The notes beneath the pieces are model-generated. The model was not told where the DNA came from. It saw only the letters and a program-made list of their open reading frames with translations, and made no database searches. Position numbers and translations under genes: made by a program. Positions 35,792-50,811 of a stretch of DNA of 64,000 nt are shown here, in pieces. Source of the stretch: Escherichia phage vB_EcoM_LNA2; the sequence record MZ311865.1, one strand, 5' to 3'. How positions within the stretch are numbered: position 1 is the first letter of the stretch; every line of letters begins with the position of its first letter.

Positions 35792-36788
35792 TTCAAGTGT
35801 TATCTATCGTGCAATAGTTACATCAAAATTTAGAACAGAGAAAATGCTGAATTTTTATAATTCAGTTGGGGATGGAGATGATAAGAACTCCATTTATATT
35901 ACGTTTGGACGTTCAGAGCCTTGGGCGTCAAATGAAAATGAGGTGGGCTTCGCCCCACCTTATCCTACAGATTCTGTTCTTGGTGTTACTGATATGTGGA
36001 CCCATATGATGGGCACCGTTAAAGTTTTACCTTCAATGTTAGATTCTGTTATTCCTAGACGTGATTGGGGAGATGTGCGATATCCAGACCCTTACACGTT
36101 TAGAATTAACGATATAGTCGCATGTAATACTGCTCCGTACAACGCGACAGAAGTTGGAGCTGGTTGGTTAATTTACCGTTGTTTAGATGTCCCTGACGTA
36201 GGGCTCTGTTCAATAGAATCTTTAGATAATAAAGATGAATGTCTTAAATTGGGTGGTAAATGGACTCCGTCTGTTCGTTCTATGTCTCCTCCTGAAGGCA
36301 GAGGCGATGCTAATGGGGTTATCGAAACCGGTGATGGATATATTTGGGAATATCTTTATGAGATTCCTGCCGATGTGTCAATTAACCGTTGCACTAACGA
36401 ATATCTTGTAGTTCCATGGCCGGAAGAAATTAAAGAAGACCCCACCCGTTGGGGATATGAAAATAACTTAACTTGGCAACAAGATGACTACGGTTTGATT
36501 TACCGTGTTAAAGCTAATACGATGCGGTTTAAAGCATATTTTGATTCTGTTTATTTCCCTGAGGCAGCTTTGCCTGGTAACAAGGGTTTTAGACAGATAT
36601 CAATTATCGCAAACCCGTTAGAAGCTAAGAAAAATCCAAATGACCCTAATGTTAAAGCAGAAAAGGATTATTACGACCCTAGAGACCTGCAACGTCATTC
36701 TGGTGAAATGATTTATATGGAAAACCGACCACCTGTTATTATGGCAATGGACCAAACAGAAGAAATTAACATTTTGTTTATGTTTTAA
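35784..36788 (+). CDS. 8: baseplate wedge protein gp8
   Basis: 334 aa; followed by hairpin terminator and late promoter. Confidence 0.85.
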   Translation: MNDSSVIYRAIVTSKFRTEKMLNFYNSVGDGDDKNSIYITFGRSEPWASNENEVGFAPPYPTDSVLGVTDMWTHMMGTVKVLPSMLDSVIPRRDWGDVRYPDPYTFRINDIVACNTAPYNATEVGAGWLIYRCLDVPDVGLCSIESLDNKDECLKLGGKWTPSVRSMSPPEGRGDANGVIETGDGYIWEYLYEIPADVSINRCTNEYLVVPWPEEIKEDPTRWGYENNLTWQQDDYGLIYRVKANTMRFKAYFDSVYFPEAALPGNKGFRQISIIANPLEAKKNPNDPNVKAEKDYYDPRDLQRHSGEMIYMENRPPVIMAMDQTEEINILFMF

Positions 36789-36791
36789 TTA

Positions 36792-36815
36792 GGGAGCCTT
36801 CGGGCTCCCATTTTT
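36792..36815 (+). terminator. rho-independent terminator after gene 8
   Basis: gggagccttcgggctccc hairpin followed by TTTTT. Confidence 0.65.
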
Positions 36816-36820
36816 GTATC

Positions 36821-36828
36821 TATAAATA
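36821..36828 (+). promoter_or_regulatory. late promoter for gene 9
   Basis: Exact TATAAATA after the gp8 terminator. Confidence 0.6.
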
Positions 36829-36860
36829 GAATATAATATCGGACAACAAAAGGCAGAATT

Positions 36861-37733
36861 ATGGCATTTTTTAAGCAAACTCCTAAACAATTAATCGATA
36901 CCGGCGAAATTGGTAATGCCTCAACAGGTGATATCTTATTCGACGGTGGTAATAAAATAAATGATGATATCAACGCTATTTACAATGCATTTGGCGATCA
37001 ACGTAAAATGGCCGTAGCAGATGGAACCGGACCTACAGGTCAAACTATTCATGCCACAGGCTATTATCAAAAAGGAAAGGCGGTCGATTATCAAACTCCT
37101 ATTAAACCAGGCACTATGCATGATATTGATGCTTCTGATGGTGGTGTGATTGTTATTATTGACCGTCCTGAATTAGGTGACTCTGTAGAATTCATAAACT
37201 CTAATGGGTCTATTTCTGTTAACAATCCTTTAAGTATCCAAGTAACCGATGGTTCGATTAAAGGTGTTCTTAATAATCTTGTTATTTCAACCCCTTATAC
37301 CCATGTTGTTCTTCGTTGTGTTGAAATTAATGGGCCAACTTCAGTATGGAATTATTCTACTGATAGCATGTTTGGGCAGAAAGAATCTCCTGTCGATGGG
37401 ACTTGGAGTCTTACAGGAAACACAGTTTCTATTCCTCTGTTTTATCGCACAGATTATAACATGGCTAAATTGCTTGTTACATGCCAATCCGCTGACGGTA
37501 GAAAAATAAAAACATGCGAAATAAATATTCTAATAGATACAATTAACTCAGAAGTTCTTTCTACCGAATTTGCAGTAATGCGAGTTGGTAATGTAGATGA
37601 AACCGACGAGATTGCTAATATTAGCTTTAGTATTATTAACAACTTTGCTACTATGACGATTACATCCGATATTATTGGATTACGTTCGGCAGTTAAAATT
37701 ATCTCAACTCAGAAAATTGGGGTCGCTCAATAA
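36861..37733 (+). CDS. 9: baseplate wedge / long tail fibre attachment protein gp9
   Basis: Translation ...LIDTGEIGNASTGDILFDGGNKIN...QKIGVAQ resembles T4 gp9 as recalled; late promoter at 36821. Confidence 0.85.
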   Translation: MAFFKQTPKQLIDTGEIGNASTGDILFDGGNKINDDINAIYNAFGDQRKMAVADGTGPTGQTIHATGYYQKGKAVDYQTPIKPGTMHDIDASDGGVIVIIDRPELGDSVEFINSNGSISVNNPLSIQVTDGSIKGVLNNLVISTPYTHVVLRCVEINGPTSVWNYSTDSMFGQKESPVDGTWSLTGNTVSIPLFYRTDYNMAKLLVTCQSADGRKIKTCEINILIDTINSEVLSTEFAVMRVGNVDETDEIANISFSIINNFATMTITSDIIGLRSAVKIISTQKIGVAQ

Positions 37734-39538
37734 TGAAACAAAATATTAAAATTGGTAACGTCGTTGATGACGGACAAGGCGATTACCTTCGTCGAGGTGG
37801 TGAAAAAATAAATGAGAACTTTGACGAAATCTATTATGAATTAGGTGATGGTGAAGTTCCTTATGCCGCTGGCGCATGGAAGACTTATGATGCGGCTGAT
37901 GGTCTTAATCTTAAGGCTGCTTGGGGTAAATCTTATGCAATTAATACTACTTCTGGGCGAGTTTCGGTAAATCTTCCTAAAGGGACAATTGCAGACTATA
38001 ATAAAGTTATTCGTGCTCGTGACGTATTTGCAACTTGGAACATTAACCCTGTTACTTTAATTCCGGCAAACGGAGACACGATTAAAGGTTCTTCATCTCC
38101 GGTAGAAATTAACGTTCAGTTCTCTGATTTAGAATTAGTTTATTGTGCTCCTGGACGTTGGGAATACATCAAGAACAAACAAATTGATAAAATAGTTAGC
38201 TCTGACATTAGTAATGTTGCTCGTAGAGAATATCTGGTTGAAACCCAAGGTCAGACCGATTTCATGGATGTTTTTAACGGTACCTCTTATAACGTTAACA
38301 ACATTCGCGTAAAACATCGTGGCAACGAATTGTATTATGGTGATGTATTCAGTGATAACAGTGATTTTGGTTCTCCAGGCGCTAATCCTGGTGAACTGGT
38401 TGCACTCGATGGATTTAATATTAGATTACGCCAACCATGTAATGTTGGGGACACTGTACAAATTGAGACATTCCTAGACGGTGTTTCTCAGTGGCGTAGT
38501 TCATATACTCGTCGCCAAGTTCGCATTTTAGATAGTAAATTGACTGCTAAAAAGTCTATTGACGGAAGTATTTACGTCACTGATTTGAGTACATTCAGGT
38601 CTATTCCATTTACAGCATTTGGTATTAATCCTACAGAACCACCTAACCCGAATTCATTAGAAGTTCGCTTCAATGGTATTCTCCAAGAATTAGCGGGTAC
38701 TGTTGGAACTCCTATTTTCCGTTGTGAAGGTGTGGATGCTGATTCTGAAGAGTCATGCGCTAATCTCGGTGGGACATGGACTCAATCGTATACAGATTAT
38801 GCGATTGAATATACTGATAATATCCCTAGCGCAATTCTGTTTGACCGTCAATTTGAAGACCAAGACATTATTACCATCACATGGTTTAATAACGATTTAG
38901 GAACTCTTCTTGAAATGGAAGAAATCCTTGATGTCGCTGATGAGAAATATGTTTCTCAAGGGTCTAACGTTGAAATTACTGGTGACGTTGCATTAACCGA
39001 TTTCGATAAAATTGGATGGCCTAATGTAGAACCTGTTCCTAAATATGAACGTGAATTCTCGACTATCTCAGCAATATTTGATACAATTTATCCTGTCGGG
39101 ACTATTTACGAAAATGCGGTTAACCCTAATAATCCGGCCACTTATTTAGGTTTTGGTTCGTGGAAAATTTGGGGACAAGGCAAAGTATTAGCAGGTTGGA
39201 ATGATGACGCGTCGGATCCTAATTTTGCATTAAATAATAATGACCTTGACGTCAATGGTAACCCTACTCATACCGCAGGTGGTACCGTTGGTGTAACAAC
39301 CATCACATTAGAAAATGCTGATTTACCAGCTACACAAACCGATGAAAAGGTTCTTATTTCTGATGATAATGGTACAGTAATTATAGGCGGTTGCCAATAC
39401 GACCCGGATGAAGAAGGTCCTATTTACACTAAATATCGTGAAGACCATGCAAAGACTAATGAATCTCATGTTCCAGCGCGTTCTATAACTAATATTCAGC
39501 CATCTATAACTGTATACCGTTGGGTAAGGATTGCATAA
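37733..39538 (+). CDS. 10: baseplate wedge / short tail fibre attachment protein gp10
   Basis: 601 aa, [40 protein letters not shown]... as T4 gp10. Confidence 0.85.
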   Translation: MKQNIKIGNVVDDGQGDYLRRGGEKINENFDEIYYELGDGEVPYAAGAWKTYDAADGLNLKAAWGKSYAINTTSGRVSVNLPKGTIADYNKVIRARDVFATWNINPVTLIPANGDTIKGSSSPVEINVQFSDLELVYCAPGRWEYIKNKQIDKIVSSDISNVARREYLVETQGQTDFMDVFNGTSYNVNNIRVKHRGNELYYGDVFSDNSDFGSPGANPGELVALDGFNIRLRQPCNVGDTVQIETFLDGVSQWRSSYTRRQVRILDSKLTAKKSIDGSIYVTDLSTFRSIPFTAFGINPTEPPNPNSLEVRFNGILQELAGTVGTPIFRCEGVDADSEESCANLGGTWTQSYTDYAIEYTDNIPSAILFDRQFEDQDIITITWFNNDLGTLLEMEEILDVADEKYVSQGSNVEITGDVALTDFDKIGWPNVEPVPKYEREFSTISAIFDTIYPVGTIYENAVNPNNPATYLGFGSWKIWGQGKVLAGWNDDASDPNFALNNNDLDVNGNPTHTAGGTVGVTTITLENADLPATQTDEKVLISDDNGTVIIGGCQYDPDEEGPIYTKYREDHAKTNESHVPARSITNIQPSITVYRWVRIA

Positions 39539-40197
39539 TGACTGTACTTAATACAAAGGCGGGAGTTATTTCCCGCCATGCTGATTTTTTGAATTACAGA
39601 AAAAATCCAGCTCAAATTGATGTTTTAAACAACCAAGCTGTAGGTTCCGTGACTATTTCTCAGTTAGCTCGCGGTTTTTATGATGCTAACGTAGAATCTG
39701 CAATAAATGATGTCCATAATATGGCACGAGCTGATATTGGTACTGTTGTCACAAACACTTCAGGCATATCGCCTGAAGGTACAGCACAAGTTGATTATTG
39801 GACCTTTTCCGGTGATGTTCTCGACGATACTTTGGACACTGGAACGCCAGTCGTTATTAACGTATTTGGACTTGCTGTTAAAGCAACAATCGGTATGACT
39901 GATAACGAATTAACGGCACAAGTTCGTATAGCTTTACAAGAAGCCATTGCTAATCAAATCGCTATTTCTTCTTATAAAGACCATCCGTCTGAAGGTAATA
40001 AACTTCAGGTGACATATTTAGATAACCAACGTCATGTGTTGCCAACATATGCTTCGTTTGGTGTAACAATTTCGCAAGAAATTTTGTCTGAAGCAAAATC
40101 CGGATACGGAACATGGAATTTATTGGGTGCCCAAACGGTTACTCTTGATAACCATGATACTCCTACCGTTTTCTACCACTTTGTGAGAGCCTCATGA
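39538..40197 (+). CDS. 11: baseplate wedge protein gp11
   Basis: Start at the ATG at 39538 overlapping the gp10 stop (TAATG); 219 aa as T4 gp11. Confidence 0.8.
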   Translation: MTVLNTKAGVISRHADFLNYRKNPAQIDVLNNQAVGSVTISQLARGFYDANVESAINDVHNMARADIGTVVTNTSGISPEGTAQVDYWTFSGDVLDDTLDTGTPVVINVFGLAVKATIGMTDNELTAQVRIALQEAIANQIAISSYKDHPSEGNKLQVTYLDNQRHVLPTYASFGVTISQEILSEAKSGYGTWNLLGAQTVTLDNHDTPTVFYHFVRAS

Positions 40198-41777
40198 GTA
40201 ATAACAATACATACCAACACGTTTCAAACGAATCCATTTACGTTGAATTCGACCCTACGGGGTCGAATTTTCCAGATACAGTCACTAATGTCCAAGCCGC
40301 ATTAGCTGCCATTTCTCCTTCAGGTGTTAATGGGGTACCGGAAGCAACAACTACTACACCAGGAATTATTCAAATAGCTACTCCACAAGAAGTTATTGAT
40401 GGATTAGATAATAGTAAAGCTGTTACTCCGGCATCACTGAATGCTCGTCTACAATATCCTAATGCAACCGAAACTCAATATGGCTTAACTCGTTATGCTA
40501 CTGAAGATGAAGCAGTAACAGGAACTATTGACGATGCATCGATTACTCCGCTTAAATTGAATCAAAAAATAGACGATGTATTTCAGACAAAAGTGTCAAC
40601 AGAAGCAACAAATGGTGTAATTAAAATTTCAACTTCTGCTGCGGCATTAGCCGGTTCTGATGATACGACGGCAATGACTCCGTTAAAAACGCAACAATTA
40701 GCAATTAAACTTATTTCGCAAATTGCTCCAAATAATAGTGACGCCACCGAATCTATTACCGGTGTTGTTCGTTTGGCTACAGTTGCTCAAGCGCAACAAG
40801 GCACCCTACGTGAAGGCTATGCAATTTCACCTTATACCTTTATGAATTCAGTAGCATCAGAAACTAATAAAGGTGTCGTTAAACTAGGGACACAGACTGA
40901 AGTAAATAGTAACAACTCTTCAGTTGTAGTGACCGGCGCAACATTAAACGGACGTGGTGCTACAACTTCTTTACGTGGAGTTGTTCGTTTAACTACACAA
41001 GCGGGTAGCCAATCAGGAGGTGATGGTTCTTCTGCTCTTGCTTGGAATGCTGATGTTATCCACCAGCGAGGCGGACAAACTATTAATGGCACGCTTCGCA
41101 TTAATAATACGTTGACGGTTGGTTCTGGCGGCGCTAATATATCGGGCAATGTCAATATGTCCGGTGGTTATATTCAAGGCAATCGTATTGTGACTCAAAA
41201 TGAATTAGACCGAATTCTTCCAGTTGGCGCTATTACAATGTGGGCTGCAGATAGTTTACCGAGTTCTGATTGGCGCTTCTGCCATGGTGGGACCGTTTCT
41301 GCTTCAGAATGTCCGGTATATGCTTCCAGAATTGGGACACGATATGGTGGTAGTTCTTCTAACCCAGGCTTGCCTGATATGCGTGGATTATTTGTTCGTG
41401 GCTCAGGTCGTGGCTCTCACTTAACAAATCCAAATGTTAATGGTAATGACCAGTTTGGTAAGCCTAGATTAGGTGTAGGTTGTACTGGTGGATATGTTGG
41501 TGAAGTACAGAAACAACAGATGTCTTATCATAAACACGCTGGCGGATTTGGTGAGCATGATGATTCTGGAGCATTCGGTAATACCCGTAGATCAAATTTT
41601 GTTGGTACACGTAAAGGACTTGACTGGGATAACCGTTCATACTTCACCAATGACGGATATGAAATTGACCCGGCATCACAACGAAATTCCAAATATACAT
41701 TAAATCGTCCTGAATTAATTGGAAATGAAACACGTCCATGGAACATTTCTTTAAACTATATCATTAAGGTAAAATAA
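40194..41777 (+). CDS. 12: short tail fibre protein gp12
   Basis: 527 aa; position after gp11; repetitive Gly/Thr/Ser-rich fibrous sequence. Confidence 0.85.
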   Translation: MSNNNTYQHVSNESIYVEFDPTGSNFPDTVTNVQAALAAISPSGVNGVPEATTTTPGIIQIATPQEVIDGLDNSKAVTPASLNARLQYPNATETQYGLTRYATEDEAVTGTIDDASITPLKLNQKIDDVFQTKVSTEATNGVIKISTSAAALAGSDDTTAMTPLKTQQLAIKLISQIAPNNSDATESITGVVRLATVAQAQQGTLREGYAISPYTFMNSVASETNKGVVKLGTQTEVNSNNSSVVVTGATLNGRGATTSLRGVVRLTTQAGSQSGGDGSSALAWNADVIHQRGGQTINGTLRINNTLTVGSGGANISGNVNMSGGYIQGNRIVTQNELDRILPVGAITMWAADSLPSSDWRFCHGGTVSASECPVYASRIGTRYGGSSSNPGLPDMRGLFVRGSGRGSHLTNPNVNGNDQFGKPRLGVGCTGGYVGEVQKQQMSYHKHAGGFGEHDDSGAFGNTRRSNFVGTRKGLDWDNRSYFTNDGYEIDPASQRNSKYTLNRPELIGNETRPWNISLNYIIKVK

Positions 41778-43225
41778 TGGCTGATATAACTCTGGTAGAT
41801 TTACCATATGTTGACGGCCCGCCAGACGCGGGTCAGAGTCGTATTGAATGGATTAAAAACGATGAAGAAATAACAGGTGCTGACACAAAATACGGTTCTG
41901 AAGGTGTAATGAACCGTCCTATTGTTGAAGTTCAACGTAACGTAGAAGCGTTAGATGTTAATATTAAAACTATAGCATCTTCTTTGAATACGGCCAATGA
42001 AGATATCAAAGTTATTCAAGGTATTTTAGATGTTTCCGGGGATGTTGATGCTCTTGCACAGATAGGCCAGAACACCCAAGATATTGATGTCATTAAAGTC
42101 ACAGTTCAAACCCATGCTAGTGAATTGAATGATTTGAATGAACATATTGATGCGAATACTGATGATATTGGTGTTTATAATCAGGAAACAGATTCAGTTT
42201 ATAGAACTGTTCGTAATGACCTGCTTTGGATTAAAAACGAATTAGGACAATATACGGGTCAAGATATTAATGGGGTTCCTACTCCAGGAAATGATAGCAC
42301 TGGTATGAAACGCCGTATTATGACTAATAGCTCCGTAATTGTTGACCACGGTGTTCGATTAACTGATTTAGAAACTAAATTTGCTGATTCTGACGTCGGC
42401 TCTTTAACTATTGAAGTTGAACACTTGCGCGAAGAAATGGGGCCTCGCACTTCTTTCACTACTCCAGTGTTTAGTCGTCTTTCCAGTATTGATTTAACTT
42501 TGTCACGTCAAAATGCTGACTTGGATGGCATTAAACAGTCTATTGGGTATCCTAATACGACTTCTATTATTACTACAACTAATGCGAATAGTTCAGCAAT
42601 AAATGACATTAATCTTGAGCTCAATCAATCCGGTGGTATTAAACCTCGTTTGACTACAGTAGAAACTGCCATTGGCGGCGATGATTTGCCTACTACAATC
42701 CAAGGACGTATTAAACTCAATACTGATGCTATCGGAGCATTGAACACTGTTGTCGGCTCTGATTCTTCGTCAGGATTGCGTTTTAATGTGTCATGGTTAA
42801 ATAACGTAGTTGGTGTTGACGCTTCAGGTGGGAAACCGGAACCAGACGGCTCTTTGCTTTATCGTACTCGAGAGCTTGAAGGAACTATCAGTGGGATGAG
42901 TAATGACATTCAGAACATTCAAACTGATGTTGGGACTAATTCCACAGGAATTAAAGGTTCTGTAAACACATTAAATACTCTTATAAATGGCACCAACCCA
43001 AATGGTTCGACTGTTGAAGAACGAGGTATATTGCCTACAGTTAAAAGTCATGATACGACAATTAATGGTTTAACTTCTAGAATTGCTACTCTTGAAACTG
43101 ATTTGGCCGCTGCAGAAGCTGAAATCCAAACTCTTAAGGACGCTGGATATATTGAAGATGCTCCTTCAGACGGTAAATTCTATGTTCGCAAAGATGGTGC
43201 ATGGGTTGAACTTCCTACAGCTTAA
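41777..43225 (+). CDS. wac: fibritin (whisker) Wac
   Basis: 482 aa with repetitive coiled-coil segments and C-terminal foldon-like GYIEDAPSDGKFYVRKDGAWVELP. Confidence 0.8.
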   Translation: MADITLVDLPYVDGPPDAGQSRIEWIKNDEEITGADTKYGSEGVMNRPIVEVQRNVEALDVNIKTIASSLNTANEDIKVIQGILDVSGDVDALAQIGQNTQDIDVIKVTVQTHASELNDLNEHIDANTDDIGVYNQETDSVYRTVRNDLLWIKNELGQYTGQDINGVPTPGNDSTGMKRRIMTNSSVIVDHGVRLTDLETKFADSDVGSLTIEVEHLREEMGPRTSFTTPVFSRLSSIDLTLSRQNADLDGIKQSIGYPNTTSIITTTNANSSAINDINLELNQSGGIKPRLTTVETAIGGDDLPTTIQGRIKLNTDAIGALNTVVGSDSSSGLRFNVSWLNNVVGVDASGGKPEPDGSLLYRTRELEGTISGMSNDIQNIQTDVGTNSTGIKGSVNTLNTLINGTNPNGSTVEERGILPTVKSHDTTINGLTSRIATLETDLAAAEAEIQTLKDAGYIEDAPSDGKFYVRKDGAWVELPTA

Positions 43226-43257
43226 TGAAAAGGGCCTTCGGGCCCTAAAGGATTTAT

Positions 43258-44184
43258 ATGTCAGGTTATAATGCACAAAACCCTAAAGAATTAAAGGATG
43301 TAATATTACGTCGTTTAGGCGCTCCTATTGTAAATGTTGAATTAACTACAGACCAAATTTATGATTGTATTTCACGGGCGTTAGAACTTTATGGCGAATA
43401 CCATTTTGACGGGTTGAATAAAGGTTTCCATGTATTTTTTGTTGATGACGAAGAAAAATACCGTCACGGCGTATTTGATATGCGTGGTTCTAACGTATTT
43501 GCTGTAACAAGAATTATAAGAACAAATGTTGGCTCTATTACTTCAATGGATGGTAATGCAACTTATCCGTGGTTCACTGATTTCCTTTTAGGAATGGCCG
43601 GTGTTTCAGGTGGTATGGGTAGTAATTGCGGTAAATTCTACGGCCCGAACGCTTTTGGCGCTGATCTCGGGTATTATTCTCAATTAGTATCTTATATGGG
43701 TATGCTTCAAGATATGATTGCTCCTCTTCCAGATTTTTGGTTTAACTCTGCAAACGAGCAATTAAAAGTAATGGGTAACTTTAGACAGAAAGATGTCATT
43801 ATCGTTGAATCATATGTTCGCTCTTATATCGAGACCCATAAGATGGTAGGAAATACAGTAGGGTACGGTCAAGTAGGTCCTCGTGATTCATGGTCTATTT
43901 CTGAACGTTATGATAATCCAGACCATAATTTGGTCGGACGCCGAGTTGGTGAAGATCCTGCAACTAAACAAGGCGCATATAACAACCGCTGGGTTAAAGA
44001 TTATGCAACTGCATTAGCTAAAGAGCTTAATGGACAAATTCTTGCTAAACATCAAGGTATGATGTTACCGGGTGGCGTCACTGTTGATGGTGTTCGATTA
44101 ATTGAAGAAGCTCGTTTAGAGAAAGAAGCTTTACGAGAAGAGTTATATTTACTGGACCCTCCTGCAGGTATTTTGGTAGGTTAA
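43258..44184 (+). CDS. 13: neck protein gp13
   Basis: 308 aa; conserved position. Confidence 0.8.
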   Translation: MSGYNAQNPKELKDVILRRLGAPIVNVELTTDQIYDCISRALELYGEYHFDGLNKGFHVFFVDDEEKYRHGVFDMRGSNVFAVTRIIRTNVGSITSMDGNATYPWFTDFLLGMAGVSGGMGSNCGKFYGPNAFGADLGYYSQLVSYMGMLQDMIAPLPDFWFNSANEQLKVMGNFRQKDVIIVESYVRSYIETHKMVGNTVGYGQVGPRDSWSISERYDNPDHNLVGRRVGEDPATKQGAYNNRWVKDYATALAKELNGQILAKHQGMMLPGGVTVDGVRLIEEARLEKEALREELYLLDPPAGILVG

Positions 44185-44185
44185 T

Positions 44186-44950
44186 ATGGCAACTTATGAT
44201 AAAAATCTTTTCGCCAAACTAGAAAATCGCGGTGGGTATTCTCAGACAAATGAGACCGAAATCCTCAATCCATTTGTCAATTTTAATAACTATGAGAATA
44301 GTCAGACATTAGCCGATGTTCTAGTGGCAGAAAGCATACAGATGCGCGGTATTGAATGTTTTTATGTTCCACGTGAATATGTTGCCGTGGACCTTATCTT
44401 TGGTGAGGATCTTAAAAATAAATTTACTAAAGCATGGAAATTTGCTGCATATCTGAACTCTTTTGAAGGTTATGAAGGAGCGAAATCGTTCTTCAGCAAC
44501 TTCGGAATGCAAGTTCAAGACGAAGTTACATTATCTATTAACCCGGGTCTTTTCAAACACCAGGTCAACAATCAGGAGCCTAAGGAAGGTGATTTAATAT
44601 ACTTCCCAATGGATAACAGTTTGTTTGAGATTAACTGGGTTGAACCATATGACCCATTCTATCAAGTAGGTAAAAATGCGATTCGTAAAATTACTGCAGG
44701 CAAGTTTATTTACTCTGGCGAAGAAATCAATCCGGTGCTTCAGAAAAATGAAGGTATCAATATACCTGAATTTAGTGACTTGGAACTTAACCCTGTTAGA
44801 AATCTTGACGGTATCCATGACATTAATATCGATGAATATTCTGAAGTTGAGCAAATCAATTCAGAGGCAAGTGAATACGTTGAGCCGTATGTAGTAGTTA
44901 ACAACCGTGGTAGACAAAATTCACCATTTGACGATGGGTTTATGAATTAA
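44186..44950 (+). CDS. 14: neck protein gp14
   Basis: 254 aa; conserved position. Confidence 0.8.
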   Translation: MATYDKNLFAKLENRGGYSQTNETEILNPFVNFNNYENSQTLADVLVAESIQMRGIECFYVPREYVAVDLIFGEDLKNKFTKAWKFAAYLNSFEGYEGAKSFFSNFGMQVQDEVTLSINPGLFKHQVNNQEPKEGDLIYFPMDNSLFEINWVEPYDPFYQVGKNAIRKITAGKFIYSGEEINPVLQKNEGINIPEFSDLELNPVRNLDGIHDINIDEYSEVEQINSEASEYVEPYVVVNNRGRQNSPFDDGFMN

Positions 44951-45002
44951 TAAATAGATAAGATAAAGCAAACACCGGTCGAAAGGCCGGTTAGGAGAAA
45001 TG

Positions 45003-45824
45003 ATGTTTGGTTATTTTTACAACTCGTCGTTCAGGCGATATATCACAATGATGGGCGATTTGTTTTCAAATATCCAAGTTAACCGTCAATTGTCTACAGG
45101 CAATAAATTAATTAGAGTTCCTATTACGTACGCATCTAAAGAGCACTTTATGATGAAACTTAATAAATGGACCTCTATAAACTCACAAGAAGATGTGGCT
45201 AAAGTCGAAACTATTCTACCGCGTATAAATCTTCAAATGGTAGATTTCGTTTATAACCCAACGTTTAAAACGAATATATTGAATAACTCTCTTTTGAGTA
45301 AATCGACTAAGGATATTGTAGACCAATACAACCCATCACCAATTAAAATGATTTTTGAACTGAGCATCTTTACTCGTTATGAAGATGATATGTTCCAAAT
45401 CGTTGAGCAAATTATTCCATATTTTCAGCCGCATTTTAATACGACTATGATTGAGCAATATGGGCAGGATATTCCATTTGAAAGGGATATTAAAGTCGTA
45501 TGGATGGCAGCAGCAATGGATGAACAAATAGACGGTGATAATTTATCCCGTCGACGTTTAGAGTGGTCATTAACATTTGAAGTAAATGGATGGATGTATC
45601 CTCCGGTAGGCGCAGCTGAAGGCCTTATTAAAACGACTTATCTTGATTTTCATGCTAATGAACGAGACCTTCAAACAGCCGCCAGCGTTTTTGAATCAGT
45701 TGATACAGAAATTAAACCGAGAGACGTTGAAGCCCAAGATTGGAATGGTGAAGTTGAACAAACTTATACTCATGATATTCCAATCCCGACTCCACCAACC
45801 CCTCCTGGTCCTAGAAAACAATAA
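45003..45824 (+). CDS. 15: tail sheath stabiliser / tail terminator gp15
   Basis: Second ATG (45003) has better RBS spacing; MFGYFYNSSFRRY... as T4 gp15. Confidence 0.8.
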   Translation: MFGYFYNSSFRRYITMMGDLFSNIQVNRQLSTGNKLIRVPITYASKEHFMMKLNKWTSINSQEDVAKVETILPRINLQMVDFVYNPTFKTNILNNSLLSKSTKDIVDQYNPSPIKMIFELSIFTRYEDDMFQIVEQIIPYFQPHFNTTMIEQYGQDIPFERDIKVVWMAAAMDEQIDGDNLSRRRLEWSLTFEVNGWMYPPVGAAEGLIKTTYLDFHANERDLQTAASVFESVDTEIKPRDVEAQDWNGEVEQTYTHDIPIPTPPTPPGPRKQ

Positions 45825-45833
45825 GAGGTAAAT

Positions 45834-48150
<2,317 letters not shown>

Positions 48151-48177
48151 AAATAAAGCAAATTAAGAGGAATTAAA

Positions 48178-50160
48178 ATGGCACTTCTCTCTCCGGGCGT
48201 TGAGCTCAAAGAAACTACCGTACAGAGTACTGTAGTTAATAACTCCACTGGTACTGCTGCCCTGGCTGGAAAATTCCAATGGGGACCTGCATTCCAGATT
48301 AAACAAATCACTGATGAAGTTGCATTAGTTGATATGTTTGGTACTCCTAATACAGATACAGCAGATTATTTCATGTCTGCTATGAACTTCCTTCAATATG
48401 GTAATGACCTTCGTGTTGTACGCGCAGTTGACCGTGATACTGCTAAGAACTCATCTCCTGTAGCAGGCAATATTGAATTCACAATCTCTGCTGCTGGTAG
48501 TAACTATGCAGTTGGTGATAAAATTATCGTTAAGTATTTGACCGAAACTGTTGAAGCAGATGGTTATGTCACTTCAGTTGATGTCGATGGTAAAATTCTT
48601 AACATTTATATCCCAACCGGTAAAATTATTGCTCGTGCAAAAGAAATTAATGAATATCCGGCATTGGGTTCTAACTGGACCGCCGAAGTTGCCAGTTCTT
48701 CTTCTGGACTTTCTGGCGTTATTACAATTGGTTCTATCGTAACCGATTCGGGTATTCTGTTAACTGAAGTTGAAACTTCTGAAGAAGCTATTACTTCTCT
48801 AACTTTCCAAGAATCTATTAAAAAATATGGTGTCCCAGGCGTAGTTGCTCTTTATCCTGGTGAACTTGGCGACCAGCTCGAAATTGAAATCGTATCTAAA
48901 GCAGACTACGACAAAGGTGCTTCAGCCCAGTTAAAAATTTATCCTGATGGTGGTACTCGCGCATCTACTGCTAAAGCAATATTTGGGTATGGCCCACAAA
49001 CTGATGACCAATATGCAATTATCGTTCGTCGTAACGATGCTGTAGTCCAGAGTGTAGTTCTTTCTACTAAACGCGGTGAACGCGATATTTATGGTAGTAA
49101 TATCTTTATTGATGATTTCTTTGCTAAAGGCGCAAGCAATTATATTTTCGCTACTGCACAAGGTTGGCCAAAAGGTTTCTCTGGCGTAATCAAACTGGGT
49201 GGTGGCTTATCATCTAATGAAACGGTTGACGCTGGTGATTTAATGGAAGCTTGGGATTTGTTTGCTGACCGCGAATCTGTTAATGCGCAGTTGTTTATTG
49301 CAGGTTCTTGTGCAGGTGAATCTTTAGAAGTTGCTTCTACAGTTCAGAAACATGTTGTAGCAATTGGTGATTCTCGCCAAGATTGCTTGGTTCTTTGCTC
49401 ACCGCCACGTGCAACTATAGTCGGTATTCCTGTTAATCGTGCAGTTGATAATCTGGTTGATTGGCGTACTGCGTCAGGAACTTACACTGATAATAACTTT
49501 AATGTAAGTTCTACTTATGCCGCTATTGACGGTAACTATAAATATCAATATGATAAATATAACGATGTGAATCGTTGGGTTCCGTTAGCTGCTGATATCG
49601 CCGGTCTTTGTGCTCGCACAGACAATATTTCTCAGCCTTGGATGTCTCCTGCTGGCTATAATCGTGGACAAATTCTTAACGTTATTAAGCTTGCAATTGA
49701 AACTCGTCAACCACAACGTGATCGTTTGTATCAGGAAGCTATTAACCCTGTTACTGGTACCGGTGGTGATGGGTATGTTCTGTACGGTGATAAAACTGCC
49801 ACTTCTGTTCCTTCACCATTTGACCGTATTAACGTTCGTCGTTTGTTCAATATGGTTAAAACGAACATTGGTTCAGCATCCAAATATCGCCTGTTTGAAT
49901 TGAACAACGCATTTACCCGTTCTTCTTTCCGTACAGAGACTTCTCAATATCTACAGGGTATTAAAGCTCTCGGTGGTGTATATAACTTTAAAGTTGTTTG
50001 TGATACTACCAATAACACCCCAGCAGTTATCGACCGTAATGAATTTGTAGCTACTTTCTACTTACAACCTGCCCGCTCGATAAATTATATTACGTTGAAC
50101 TTTGTAGCAACAGCAACAGGTGCCGATTTCGACGAACTGATTGGTGCTGTAGGTGGTTAA
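48178..50160 (+). CDS. 18: tail sheath protein gp18
   Basis: 660 aa MALLSPGVELKETTVQSTVVNNSTGTAALAGKFQWGPAFQ... as T4 gp18; late promoter at 48143. Confidence 0.9.
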   Translation: MALLSPGVELKETTVQSTVVNNSTGTAALAGKFQWGPAFQIKQITDEVALVDMFGTPNTDTADYFMSAMNFLQYGNDLRVVRAVDRDTAKNSSPVAGNIEFTISAAGSNYAVGDKIIVKYLTETVEADGYVTSVDVDGKILNIYIPTGKIIARAKEINEYPALGSNWTAEVASSSSGLSGVITIGSIVTDSGILLTEVETSEEAITSLTFQESIKKYGVPGVVALYPGELGDQLEIEIVSKADYDKGASAQLKIYPDGGTRASTAKAIFGYGPQTDDQYAIIVRRNDAVVQSVVLSTKRGERDIYGSNIFIDDFFAKGASNYIFATAQGWPKGFSGVIKLGGGLSSNETVDAGDLMEAWDLFADRESVNAQLFIAGSCAGESLEVASTVQKHVVAIGDSRQDCLVLCSPPRATIVGIPVNRAVDNLVDWRTASGTYTDNNFNVSSTYAAIDGNYKYQYDKYNDVNRWVPLAADIAGLCARTDNISQPWMSPAGYNRGQILNVIKLAIETRQPQRDRLYQEAINPVTGTGGDGYVLYGDKTATSVPSPFDRINVRRLFNMVKTNIGSASKYRLFELNNAFTRSSFRTETSQYLQGIKALGGVYNFKVVCDTTNNTPAVIDRNEFVATFYLQPARSINYITLNFVATATGADFDELIGAVGG

Positions 50161-50192
50161 TAAGACGCCTGATGGGCTATTTCGGTAGCCCA

Positions 50193-50200
50193 TATAAATA
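50193..50200 (+). promoter_or_regulatory. late promoter for gene 19
   Basis: Exact TATAAATA following a hairpin after gp18. Confidence 0.6.
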
Positions 50201-50272
50201 TACTATATCGTTTAAAAATTAATTCTATGGGCATCAGGTTAATCCTAAGCCCATATTACTACAGAGGCTAAT

Positions 50273-50764
50273 ATGTTTGTAGATGACGTAACTCGTGCCT
50301 TCGAATCAGGTGATTTCGCACGCCCTAACCTGTTCGAAGTAGAAATCTCTTATCTTGGGCAAAACTTTAGCTTCCAGTGTCGTGCTACGGCTCTTCCTGC
50401 TGCGATCGTTGAAAAGGTTCCTGTTTCTTATATGAACCGTAAAATTAACGTGGCTGGTGATCGTACATTCGATGATTGGACTATTACAGTAATGAACGAT
50501 GATGCTCATAGCATTCGTCAGAAATTTGTTGATTGGCAAGGTATTGCAGCAGGACAAGGTAATGAAATTACCGGTGGTAAACCTGCTGAATATAAAAAGA
50601 CTGCTATCGTTCGTCAATTTGCTCGTGATGCTAAAACGGTCACTAAAGAAGTTGAAATTGTCGGCTTGTGGCCTACTAACGTTGGCGAAGTATCTCTTGA
50701 CTGGGACAGCAATAACGAGATTGAAACGTTCGAAGTAACTCTTGCTCTTGATTGGTGGGAATAA
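50273..50764 (+). CDS. 19: tail tube protein gp19
   Basis: 163 aa MFVDDVTRAFESGDFARPNLFEVEISYLGQNF... as T4 gp19; late promoter at 50193. Confidence 0.9.
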   Translation: MFVDDVTRAFESGDFARPNLFEVEISYLGQNFSFQCRATALPAAIVEKVPVSYMNRKINVAGDRTFDDWTITVMNDDAHSIRQKFVDWQGIAAGQGNEITGGKPAEYKKTAIVRQFARDAKTVTKEVEIVGLWPTNVGEVSLDWDSNNEIETFEVTLALDWWE

Positions 50765-50811
50765 TCTGGTTGGGGAGAAATCCCCAGCTTCCCGTGATGA
50801 CGGAGAAGTCC